From: Tubulanus polymorphus
Taxonomy: Eukaryota > Animalia > Nemertea
Assembly (NCBI RefSeq): GCF_964204645.1
Contig: NC_134029.1
Location: forward strand, 12,736,850-12,800,849
DNA: 64,000 nt
Direction of reading: 5' to 3'
Shown: piece after piece, positions 47,301 to 59,701 of the stretch
Layout: every line of letters begins with the position of its first letter
How positions within the stretch are numbered: the first letter of the stretch is position 1
Translations under genes and position numbers: made by a program
The notes under the pieces: generated by a model
What the model saw: only the letters and a program-made list of their open reading frames with translations
Databases searched by the model: none
What the model was told of the DNA's origin: nothing

Positions 47301-48077
47301 TGACGTCATGCGCAAAAGCGCCAGTAATGAAATCGCGATAATTCACGTGAACAGCTGCTGATATTTTCAGATAAACCAATCACAGGGAAGGCACAACTTC
47401 CTGATTGGCTGATAAAAATTGAAATTTTCCCGATTTAACTTTCGTGAAAAATGCAGAAAACATTTTTATGAGACCCTATTTCAAAATTCTGCTCGCTACG
47501 ATTCCGAGAATGTATTACGCTTAAATACGTGATTTGTTCGAATATGCCCTCACTTGGCAAGCAAAAGAGCCTTTTGTGTGGAAACCATGTCATTTAAATT
47601 CGCTCCATTTGTATAGTAATAGGCTCAGCCTACGGTTGGCCTAAAAATGGTGAAATAACTAAAAAAGATATTATAAAAACAATTATTCCGTCAACATTTA
47701 ACACAAAACAAAAGAAAATGTATTTATATTTATTATTTAACGATTATTATGAAAAACCTAAATTAACAAAAGAAGATATGAAAAATATAAAAAAAATATT
47801 CAAACAAATATTAATGTATCATTTGGAAAATAGAATAACAGATTCAATAAATTATGAATTCTTTTTAAATAAGATTGTAAATTATTTAAACCTAGATATT
47901 ATAATTCCATTTGATGAATTAACAAACAAAAAGAAACAAAGAGAGCGAGATGAAATGTGGAACAAGATAGAACTTTATTTAAATAAGAAAAATGAAATGG
48001 AAGAACCTAAACAATTAAATGAAAATGAAGAAGCCAATAGTGATTTCGAGTATGATGATATTGATTTTATGTTTTAA
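44375..48077 (+). pseudogene. Zinc-finger region followed by a poxvirus A2L/VLTF3-like late transcription factor, split by a frame break (~44990) and a HINE insertion
   Basis: CPQC-x13-CNEC ribbon, KTRNFLIDPKLNYLDEIF; after the insertion [46 protein letters not shown]. Collinear with my recollection of vaccinia A2 ([54 protein letters not shown]). Confidence 0.8.
45255..47645 (-). mobile_element. Helentron/HINE-like insertion (~2.4 kb, possibly composite)
   Basis: Minus-strand 5' TTTTTAGGCCAACCGTAGGCTGAGCCT and 3' ...GCCCCTTGGAGCTCTTGTT; inserted in an A/T run; internal ~162-bp tandem repeat at 45400-45700. Confidence 0.7.
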
Positions 48078-48529
48078 TAACCATAAGGTAATGTTTTTAT
48101 ACCATCATCTGAAATATGTCTTTTATCATCAAATGGATTTAAACTAGTTTTTTCAACTTCATTAATGTACATTTCATGATCTTCTGATCTTAAACAATTC
48201 ATTTTGTGTTTCATTACAATTGAGTTATATAAACACTTTATATAATCTTTAAATTCTATATGTTTATCAACCACATGTTTTGTTATTCCTTTTAACTTTT
48301 TAGCTTCATGATCTTTTGTTCTATAACTATACATTTTACTTCTTATCCCAACAAATTCAATCATTTCATCACCCCCTAATTCATCTTTAAATTTACCAGG
48401 AATCTTTTTATTATCATTGCTAAATAGTTCATGATCTTTGGGATAATTGCTAAAATCAAAATGATGTTTTAATGTTTTTAAGTCTTTTGTTATGTCATTT
48501 GTCTTGATTTTTAGTATGTAACTGTCAGT

Positions 48530-49592
48530 ATTTTTGGCAATTAATGGAAATCCACAGTTAAATGTACTATCTTCAGTTGATAAATCATAAACATAATCTG
48601 ATGGGTTATATATTTCAAATAAATCTTTAACTTCTTCTGTTAATTCTTTTTCTACATGCCTTAAATTAAAACAATTTTAGATTTAATTAATTCTATATTC
48701 ATATTAAATCCTAATGAACTGCATAATATATGTAATCCTGATATAGCAACTTTTCCTTTCTGTGCAAAGGTTATCTTTTTATCCTTTGTAAATTTTTTAG
48801 TGCCATCTGCGTCATAGAATCCAATGAAGAACCACTTTCTTAAATTATTATTTGCATTTAATACATAATCTGGAACTATCTTTTCTTTTGTTGAAGTATT
48901 ACTTTTCACTATTGCATGAATATAGAATTCATCATTATATTTTATAGCAAAATCTTTAGGATTATTTATAAGTATTCTATAAACTGCTGATGATTTCATA
49001 ACATCCATGATCCTAAATGTTTTATGTGAATAAACTTCTTCAAAGAATTTCTTAATTCTTTCTAATAATTTTAAGTCTTGATTGCATAAATACCAACAAT
49101 ATTTATTATCCCAAACATAATTATACACACCTGCTGAACCATCACCCATGAAAAATCCTTTGATAAAATATTCTTTTTCTTCTAATGTTTCGGGTTCTAT
49201 ATTATAAATATTATCAATTATTTCATCAAATGACATATGATTCATTCTTTGGAAAAATCTTTTATGTAATAATTCATCTCCAATTTTTATATCAGTTGGT
49301 TTTATTTCATCGCCATTTCGTTTAATTAAACTATGATCTTCTGTAACATCTACAAATCCTAATTTAGTTCTAACTCTATATAGATTTTCTTATTTGTTTT
49401 ATGCCTAATAATATTCTTTAATTTTTTCCATCCATTTCTTGTCCAAACATCCATTAAACCATTTATTTGTATTAATTCTTTTTCACCATATGAAATATAA
49501 CATTCATTTTGTTTTGGAATTATTTCTGAAATTCTTCTTATCAATATTTTATTATTACATTTTAATAATATTGGGGTGTCAGCTGTAACAGA
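48530..49592 (-). other. Intein (~354 codons, frameshifted) with LAGLIDADG homing endonuclease in the PolB active-site motif YFD|TDS
   Basis: Block A SVTADTPILL, block B VDVTEDHSL, YFIKGFFMGDGS and WFFIGFYDADGT, blocks F/G YVYDLSTED..FNCG..LIAKN|TDS. Confidence 0.93.
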
Positions 49593-52460
49593 ATCAAAAT
49601 ATAATATTTCAATATGCTTTTCCCCAAAAAGTGGTTGTAAAACATTATAATAAAAATCATACATTAATAATTTAGTGATACTTCTAAAACAGTTGAACCA
49701 ATGAATATAGGTTTATTAAATTTCATTGACGTTCTTTTTAATTTAACTGCTGTTAAATAATCTTCAAATCTTTTATTTCCTAAATATCTAGGACTTGATT
49801 GTAAATGTCTTAATCTTTCAGAATTATTTACTAATTCAATATCATTTCTATTTCTAATATTTTCACATGTTTTACCATAAAAACTATTGTTCATTAATTT
49901 GAAGAAATCTTTTTCAAAATCTGTTTTTGATATGGTTCTCTGTTGAGTATTGAAATCTATATATTTTTCTAACCACTTCGATTGATTAAATTCAATATAT
50001 CTATGTACTTTCTTTAATTTCATTCCTTGTTTTAGATAAAATTTTAACATTCTATAATGAACAATATAATTATATTTATTATTTTGAGTAAGTATTAATT
50101 TTTCTGTAAAAACATGATCTTTCGGTTTTATTTTCTTCTGGTATTCACTTAAATAACTATCATCTACAGTTAAATGTTCTGGGCAATAAGGTAGGTTTTA
50201 AACTTTATATTTTCAGGATATTCTAAATCAACTACAAAGAAATAACCAATTGGTGCTTCATCTTTTAAACTCGCAATTGCGCTTTCCCAATCAGTTTTAT
50301 CATCATTTTCAACTTCTGTTAATATAAAATTTTTATATGGTTGAGGTTGCATCATTGCCCAACCATATAAATTATTGGCGTCAATACATAATAATTTATA
50401 TTCATCATTTGCTTTAAAATACCTCTCCCATAACACCACTAATTCCACCTCTAATTGATTTTTCAAATAATAAAACCATATCTGGTTCTTTTAATAAATC
50501 TAATTCTACATTTGTATATTTTAAACCACATTGCCAGGTTAAACCAGGACTAGAGTAGCAATAACAAGGATCATCATTAAAATGATTCAAATTAACTTCT
50601 CTAAATTTTTCAAATATGTCAGCCAATATCATAACATCTGATTTTAAATATAAATCAACTAATTCACCATGATTTTTCATCTTAAAATGGTGCCAAATAT
50701 TTAATGTTCTATTAAACACTTCATCTTTCACATACTCCTCTTTTAATTGATCATAAAATTGATCTTTTAATAATTCTGTTACATTAAAATCATTGTGTGT
50801 TTTATAAAATGAATAAGGAATTGCACCTTTATATCTCAATAATTTAAAATCTTGTTCATTTGGATAATAATATCGAGTTATAACAAAATCATTATCAACT
50901 AAACTTTTTGATAAATTATCTAATGAACTTGCTAGAAATCTATAAGAATCTAAAAATCTAATGCAACCAAATTGAAATGAAATATAATTTTCAGATGTTT
51001 TAGCTAATAGTTTAAAATCATATTTTCTTACATTTACACCATTCATAGCATTATATTCTTCTATTTCTTGATTAATTGTGCCCAATTTCTTTGATAATTG
51101 TTTTATAAATAGATGGGTATCATAGCCTGATAAATTATGAAATAACATTGGTACGAAATTAACTTTCTTAGCTTGTAAATTGCAACCTTCATGAGCAGCT
51201 CCACGATATTTTGAATTTAAATGATCATGATCTCTAACTTTTTTATCAAATGAATAAAAACGTTTTTCACAATAACAACAATGAGTTGCATAATTAAAAT
51301 CAATTTCATCTTCTTTTGTCATAACTATTCTTTTATGTTTGTTTAATAATTTTGCAAAATCACTTTCTAATTCAATCATTTTATCACAAAAATCATTAAC
51401 TACATTTTCACCTCTAAAAGAAATATATTGACTTTCATATAATTCAGGATAATTTGATTTTATATAAATTCCATAAGCAGCAGCTCTTTGATGAACTTTT
51501 TTAATTGTATTTATAATTGGTGGGTCTTGTATTGTGTCTTCATTTAATTCATTTCCTTTATCCATTGATTTTAATAATTGCTTTTTGTTATATATTTCTT
51601 TTCTATCTTGATCAGTTAATTCTTTATTCAACGATTCAAAATCCCCATAAATTACAAATGGAACAATATTTTTAAATTTATGATTAGTAAATTTCAATTT
51701 ATAATCTTTTTCTGTTGGCATTATTAATTTACAAAAATTATTATTATCACATAATTCTTTATGTTTTAATAATGTATTCTCAGTCATAAATTTAGATAAA
51801 CATTTTCTACATAGATAAATTTTATTATGGTGATCACTTTCTGTTCTAAAGAATAAATCAATTTGTTTTAACCACATATAATGTTCATTTTCATCTTTTT
51901 TGTAATATAACAAATCTATAGCATTTTCATCATCATAATATTCTGTTAAATATAAAGCTTCCAATGTATAATCTTTAATATTTTCACCTTTTGTCTTTGG
52001 TAATTGCATTAATTCAAATACATTTATTTTTAAATTATTAACTTTTTCTATTTTAGGAATCATTTTTATAGTTACTGGATATTGATCAATTTTATATAAT
52101 GTTTCATATTTCCGGTAATTTGTTATTCTACAAACATTTTCCTGTGTTGGATGTAAGCAACTTATAATTGACCATAGAAAACATTTATTATCTTCATTTT
52201 GAATATTTATTACTGCTTTTGTTGTAAATGGTAATTTAATATAAGATGATGCTTTAATATCCTTTTCTATTGTAAAGTTTGAATCATTTTTAAACATTTT
52301 ATTACTTTTTGATGTTTTATTTCTTTTTGTATTGTAAACATTTAAATCGAAATATATAATTTCATTCAATGTTAAGCCAGAACCCTCAAAATATCTTTCT
52401 TCAATATGACGTTTAAATTCATTAAATATTTTTTCTAACTTCTCTTTTATTTGTGTTTTT

Positions 52461-53650
52461 GATGGGTTTCGTCGTCAGACGAACCCATCTATGGCATCGT
52501 CGTCATGTCTGTCTGTCTGTGGATGTTTCTTTATGACACGTGTGGACCGACACTGTAATTTCACACAGGTATTCTCTACTTGATGTAGATGGTGCAGCTT
52601 GGTTTATATTTGATTCCGATGGTAATAAGTGCTCTAATTTGGTTAAAAGATAATTAACGTTACTCGCTAGTTCGAGCCGCTGTATAGCGCGTTGCTACGA
52701 CGACGCTCGATCAACATATTGGTACTCGCTGTGTAATACTGAACACGTATATACCTGTAGATATTGATCGTACTAGCACCGGTTTTAGATAGTGCGCGCG
52801 CTGATCGGTCTTAACACTTCTCGGAACTGCTGTGCTAAATGCTGAGAGGCCGAATCTATGCGCAATCATTTATTGGGCTCGTCACATTTGATAGTGAATG
52901 GATAAATAACCGGTGTCAATGACGGTCGCTACTCCCCATCAGTATAACTCATCAGTATAAGAAATAATTCTTTGAGTTTTTTTTTTCAATCCCCGAAGTT
53001 TTTGTTACTATGTTGACCTCGCCGTTTTATAAGCTTACCGATGATTCTTCTAGTATTTTCAGGGTCACAAGACATGACGAAGTTTTGTACAAATTTCACG
53101 AAACAAACAATTATTTAGGCGGCACCTGATCTATTGATTAATTATGATAAATAATGTTTATTTCATTAAAAATTTGTTTTTTTCAAACACTACTTTCATC
53201 GCACACAGCGTGATCGGCCCTACTATTCTACGGCAGGCCATGGACTCTTTCATGTGGTAGACCTATTACAAATGATACAACCCGCGCGTCCGTGAATAAG
53301 TGACACGTGGTGGGGCGGGTTGTGAGGAGCATCGAAACTAATCCGTCACAAATAATAGATAGAAAACAATACCTTAAGAGGTTAACTTTTATTAACATCA
53401 TTACCAAATCAAAACCTGCACATCCTATCATAAATAGAAATTCTAAGAATTTATTTCAAAGAATAATAAATTACGTCTAAATATTGGGATTCGAACTCGT
53501 AGCATCGATTCAGGTGCCTTTCCCAAAGCGGGTATCCCGCGGGGAAAACCCATTACTATTTATATCGAGAATCGCCTTTTTGACAGCGAGTTCGGTGAAT
53601 GAAACAGAAACAATTACACAGAAACCCATCATGGAAAGTTTCTTTCTGGT
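52461..53650 (+). mobile_element. DINE-1/HINE-like non-autonomous Helentron inside C polB
   Basis: T-run target; 5' hairpin GATGGGTTTCGTC-gtca-GACGAACCCATC; (GTCT)n; subterminal GAAACCCATC at ~53621; interrupts EEIIS|KTQIKEKL. Confidence 0.8.
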
Positions 53651-54553
53651 TGAAATTATTTCTTCAGAGTGTGTTTGAATATTATAATTCATTTTTTCTT
53701 CTGACTTTATAAAACTTACTTTCCCAGAGATACTAATTTTTGGATATTCAACATCTGTTATCAAATCTAGTATTTTTTCTATTATTTCATAAAATGTACT
53801 ATAATCTTCTATTGTTGTACCTTTAAAAAATCTAAATATAATAGCTGCAGGACCAATTTTACTATGTAATGTTTCTAAAATTTCAATTGTATCTTTTATT
53901 TCTAGTGAATCAATATAATTTCTAACATTTTCCATGTAAGGTTTATTTGAAATGGATTTAGTTTTTGAAGTTGTTTTTTTTACTTTTTGAGGTTTATCAT
54001 CAAAATAATCTTTTCCTAAAACATTATTACTCAAATTTTGATGGTGTTTTTCTGTTTCGAGATGTCTATTATAATTCCTTTTTGTTATAAATTCATCACA
54101 AACTTCACATTTTATTTCATCCACATTCATATTTTCTAATCTTTCTTTTCTTTCATTGGAATTTTCTGGAGTTTTAAAATCTATTACATTTTTTATATGA
54201 TTTGCAGTTTTTTCATGTCGTGATTTTTGGGATTTATCGATGTATTTTTTACAATATTGGCAAAATTATTGATTTTTATTAACATTATTGTTTTCTGGCT
54301 GTTGTTCATTTTCCCCCATTTATTAGGGAAAAAAATTACTTGTGGTGATGAGTGGTGTCTGGACCTTCGACCTCTGATCTGAAAGCCTACTTTTCCAATT
54401 ACTCATTTGCAATGAGACCGAAATATGTTTGAACTGCGCAATGAAATCTTTCGTTGCGATAAATTCTTAAGTAAACTCCTTGAATGAAATAAATTGTTGG
54501 AATTAACAATAATAAGGGCAGGCAGGAATTAATACTAATATAACGTTACTTAC

Positions 54554-55106
54554 GGTGCCAATCGTATGCTGACTGACAAATTCCGCGGACGACTTCGGAC
54601 CACGTACACCCTGCCTTGTTCGGTCTAAAATCCGATCGAGGGTTCTTGAATGGCAGGTCTGCAGGCCACCATGGCACTCTTTTGGATTCATCGCCCCAGC
54701 TCGGACAGTTTTTTTCGATGCCTCTAATCATATTTGAATGAAATATCAGCATGGCACAGAGCGATCTAACTTCGTTACTATTCAGATCACGGATCTCCAT
54801 GTTTTCTTTTCGTGTAAATAACTCACTCACTTTCGGCAAATCTCTGTTAGTTTCCTTTGATGCCGCCGTACGTACCGCTGGTGCCGAAAGCGCGTGCTCC
54901 ACAAATTTCTGCCGAATGTCATTCGTTGCACCTTCTGTAACCTTTGTGGAAAATGTGAGGCATTCCAGTTTGTTTTTGTTATGTTGGTTCTTCCCTTCCA
55001 CTAATCCGCAAAGAATAACCGCATATCCCGACTTCTTGGCATACTTCCTTGCCATATGCCACGCGTGTCGTAAGTCTGCAGTTATTTTGTTTGAGTCCGT
55101 ATCCAT
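54554..55106 (-). CDS. First coding exon of a divergent NRF1/Erect-wing DNA-binding-domain gene
   Basis: PSWGDESKRVPWWPADLPFKNPRSDFR...WSEVVRGICQSAY resembles NRF1 PGWGKESCKPIWWPEDIPWANVRSDVR...WTQALR (from memory); ends at C|GTAAGT; TATAAAA at ~55229. Confidence 0.78.
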
Positions 55107-56259
55107 GTCGTTAATCGTTGGTCATTGAGCGTTGGTCGTTTCCGTTGTAAATGATGTTGTAAGTGATGTTAAGTGTTAAAAGAATCAAAGAATACTGTTT
55201 AATGTGCTGAGAAATTGCAGATTTTTATACGGTTTTTCTATCATTGTCTTCAGAATTTCTAGACCAAATAGTTTACATAGGTCTTCTAGACACGATAATT
55301 ATGAAGAAATTAGGGAGACTGGTACGATTGGCAAACATTGTGCTGGTGTTTTAAAATAAATGGGCGAATGGTATTACTAATTATGCACATGCCAAAATTC
55401 CTGCTTCGTTTTACATTTTGGCTACTTATTGTAAGAAAATTACTCCCATTTGAATCTATTTCTAAAGAATTAGGTACCGATTATAATGATTTCATTGTTC
55501 GTTACCTCAGGGGCCAACACTGGACCGGTACTTCAGAGTTTAAAAATGCATTTACATAGTAGTTTATACTAGACTTTAAATTAGTTAACGGCAGAAATTC
55601 ATAATAAATGTCTTTATTCATAGTAATCAAGTTATAGCCAGTCAGGCGTATTCCATCCGACGGCGCCAGGTGCCTTCAGGAAATAACTTTTTAATTGACC
55701 AAAAAGAAAATCTTAATAATTGACTAATGCAAATGATAAATTTCAAATATTTTCATATATATATAATGCAGGAAGGAGAACGAATTTATGGCAAAAAATT
55801 AGGGCTTCCATCTCATGCCGGGTAATTAAGTAAATTCCAAATGGAAATGCTGGCCAACTCATTTTCTTAGCTGTCGGGTCTAAAAATTACTTGTTTGTAG
55901 AATTATTTGAATACTTTATAAATGGGTGGCCGGCTATGTGTAAAATTAACTTGGGGAAAAATGAGAAGGTATCATTTTTGTCTTATATCCCGCAATAAAT
56001 GAACCCAAAAACTAAAAAATGCTAACTACAGACAGCGAAAAGAGATCTATTTCTCTTCAATCTGTGGGTGTTTAACGTTAACGTTCAACGTCTTATGGTA
56101 ATATGGTGTATGATTTCATAAGTAATGAACAGAATTGTTATATAATACTCGTCTTTTCTCTCCATCAGGATATGTGTATTTAATGTTCTCTGCTAAACTG
56201 TCGTTTTTCTCGGAAAATCCTTTGAAAAAAGTATCACTTGAAACCCCGCCCGAAAAATC

Positions 56260-56410
56260 ATCGGGTCTAATAACCTCGCACAACTGATCATTACTGTCAG
56301 CTGCGCGAAGTACCGGGTCTAATTACCTCGCGCAACTGATCATGAAAATATCCTAGCTGCGCGAAGTAACAACTCGCGCAACTGATCATTACGCGATCGC
56401 GTAACTGGTT
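56260..56410. repeat. Short tandem repeats (CTCGCGCAACTGATCAT) near a HINE-like 3' end
   Basis: Three degenerate copies of ~45-55 bp. Confidence 0.6.
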
Positions 56411-56952
56411 CGTGCAGACCGTCAGTTTCTGACCTTTATATACCTGGAATAGTACCTAAATATACATTATTGTTATTATGAAAACTTCTAAAATCCGTTT
56501 TTCTTTTGTAATTCAATCATTTTGTTATAGAAATCATTAAACCTGGTGTGAGTACATCAAAATATGTATAGTACACTAACCAGTGAAATTAGTTCATACA
56601 ACAGCCACTAGGGAATGGAAAAAACGCAGCGTCTTCATCATTCTCCATGTTATTTTGCCTAAACATGGTACATTAGTACTTTGCACATGTGGGTCAACAT
56701 ATCCACGATATGAGCTGACCCCTATGTGACGCTCTTTCAAAATAGCAGAACGTTATGAACTGATTTTGGTGAAATTTTTCCACGTATCCTTGTACAATAT
56801 TTTACTCAGCAAGGCAGAAACCTTTTATCGCTGCTTCGCAGCTATATTCATATTGTTTTTTTGATGGTATTATTCTGTTATTTATTGATGTCAAGAATGT
56901 TTTTTCTATTTCCTTCCATTATATAGAAAAAAAATCATGAAATTGAAAAGTG

Positions 56953-56988
56953 CGACCTCTGATCTGAAAGCCTACTTTTCCTATTACT
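56953..56988 (-). mobile_element. Orphan 36-bp tip of a C-family Polinton TIR
   Basis: CGACCTCTGATCTGAAAGCCTACTTTTCCTATTACT matches 54368..54403 with one mismatch. Confidence 0.85.
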
Positions 56989-58610
56989 GAAGATTCTGTA
57001 CCTCTCAAGCCAAGCAAGTCAGAATTCTATGTCTGAAATGTTACCCTCTGGACGACTGTCGGATTAATGAAAGACAGATGCCGTGAAATAATTTCATGGC
57101 TTAACCTTTTCAGTGCGTCTACACCGAAAGGGTAAAAGAATGCAAATATAGGTTTGAAATACATACGATTAAGTATAGGATCGTGATATTTTGTCATTGA
57201 TTTTAGGGTGACCCGAATTTTGAGTCATATTAGTAGCTAACAAATTAACATACTACTTAGGAAGCATCTCTATAATTTCATACAGTTTTACAATGATAAT
57301 AACTTTTATCCCTTGTTCCACTTCAGATTCTTTCCTCATTATGGATTCAACAATATCGAATATCAAAATTAATTTGACAACAAGATACATGCATTTATTA
57401 TTAACTATATGAGAAAATAAATACAAGAAATAATTAACATACAACGGATGGCAAAATTTAGCAGGTGAATGATTCTTATGTACATGCATGTCTATGAAAA
57501 AGTTTGAGCTCGTTTCAAAGCTAGCAGAAAATTCACTATTTATTGAACTCAGAGGTTGATCACATGTATGAATATACAGACAGCTGTCATATGAAAACAG
57601 ATGATAAGACTTAATGCGGCATATTAGATATTCTGTAATATACGGTTTTCAATCATTCTCTCACTACGCTCTTCAAGCTGATGTTGAATCTTCTTGGAAA
57701 AATTTGACTTCGTGAAATGTGCTGAAAGATAAAATAAGAAACACGAAATTCACAAGAGTGTTAAGTGTTAAGCACAAAAAGACTAGGATATAGCAGAACC
57801 TGTAAACATGTTTGAATGAACTGGGGAAAAAGTTTTGTTGTATCCACTGGTTGATATCCATTTTAAATGGGAAAATTTGTAAACTTCACCTAAACCAGCT
57901 ATCAATGGTGACCCCTGACCCCCACCTTATGATAGACACTCCTTAAATTAAAAAACCTGACGATTCCTGAACAAATAGTTTAAAAAAAGACCAATGGTCT
58001 TGTAGCTCAAATGACCATTAACTTATAGGCCTACACAGTTAGACTTGTGGTCATACTGGGTTTATGGATTAGACAGGGCAGGTGGTTAGTCAGCAAGAGG
58101 GAGATCCATATAGCCTAGCCATTGCCTTTCAATCCTTCAAAGGAGCAATCAAAATCAAATGGCAACACTGCTTCAATATAGTCATATTCATTTTATTAGA
58201 AAATAATATTTATATGGAAGATACGATGGTAGGCTTGACCTATTTATATTAGATTGACAGTTAAGTATGTTTTTTTTTACGATATATAAATTGAAATGTA
58301 TTTTTTGAAATTTGATAATTTTCTGCTTTGATGAATCGAGGCGATCGTTGTTAGATCTTATTCTATTCTCGGCGATAAGGTAAAACAATGTTTAAGATCA
58401 ATACAGTGAAAATTGCGTTGCATTGGTAAATCACATTGTAGTTTGGTATCCTATTGTACGTCCTGCGCTAACATCTCACTCTGGTCAATATATTTGGATC
58501 TTTTTGTCTAATGTCAACCATATTCATAGAAAATCTTTTTTCAATGATTTTCATGAAAATGCATCAAGAGTTATAGAATTCAAACTAGAAATTCAAGATC
58601 GCTGCCCTGG

Positions 58611-58721
<111 letters not shown>

Positions 58722-59701
58722 TTTCTATCGATTTGTTGAATGTGCGAGGACAGTGGGTCCAGACAACAGCGATGTTATGCAATGATGTTGTAAACAGATT
58801 TCAGAGATCAGGTCACCAGTTTTATAAGACACTTTTATGGTCTGTTCTTCAAGTGTGCAACAATCTAAACTCGCAAGATGCAAGAGCTAAGAATTTTCCC
58901 ACCAAAAACAGTTTTTAGAGAAATTTTAATGAATTTGACCAATCATCTACAGAGGTTTGACATGTCTTCAATCGCATCAATTATACATCGTTTAGGCTGA
59001 GAACCAATGAAACAAGAGCTCACATTTAAAAAAAACGTACCGTGATTTTACAATTGGTTCAATGCTAACTACACTATCGCTAACAAAGGTACACTATCGC
59101 TAACAAAGGTAAACCAATAACAAGAGGTCCATGGACCTTCATGGGACTTCATCAAAATAATCGGAAGTTCCAGTTTGGGAAAAGGGAGAAGTCCCGCCTA
59201 GCTGGGCAGGCTTGATCAATGTATCTAAACATATCAATTACAATTACATGTATAACAAATATAAATGTCACCACTTGTGCTGAAGTGTAATTTAGAATTC
59301 AATACTGTCTTGATTTAAAAATTTATGCTTGTTTTCTGGGTTTATTTTCTTAAAGATCGGCATGTGCTGAAACTTTTCGCAGGTAATTCCTTTTGAGGTT
59401 TATGTTTGATGCTCTATCCAACTATTCCAGTTTCAAACTGCACATCACTGAATACCTCTTAAAAGCAGATGAATAACAGCCACAGCAAAAACTTCACGGA
59501 GAAGGCAAAAAATGGTTGTCAAATTTAATCCAACTTGATTGAAAATATTTTCAAAAATACTGCCATATAAAATCTCTCAATGAAAAATAAACATTACATA
59601 AAGGCCTGATTACAATTTATTATTTGTCATTAAAAACAGTTATTAATGTAACGATATATATATATATATAAAAAATTTTACTTAAAGACCTGTTTATAAG
59701 T

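Larger units (their letters stand above)
48074..54319 (-). pseudogene. polB: Protein-primed PolB of element C with intein and HINE insertion
   Basis: TAAATG start at 54319 in the TIR; fragments 53650-54130, 50414-52460, 50170-50466, 49664-50050 and 48074-48529 carry all PolB motifs. Confidence 0.95.
33228..54403 (-). mobile_element. Polinton/Maverick-like element C (decayed, reverse orientation, three secondary insertions)
   Basis: ~89-bp TIRs 33228..33316 and 54315..54403 (A[G/T]TAATTGGAAAAGTAGGCTTTCAGATC...CCCTAATAAATGGG); TSD CATTTG at 33222-33227 and 54404-54409. Confidence 0.96.

Noticed and set aside
48661-49245. Free-standing LAGLIDADG gene or group I intron
   Set aside because: It is flanked by intein splicing blocks exactly at YFD|TDS; the separate ORF results from frameshifts.
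54554-55106. Calling this the true NRF1 ortholog
   Set aside because: Too divergent from the highly conserved NRF1/Ewg sequence; only domain-level similarity is supported.
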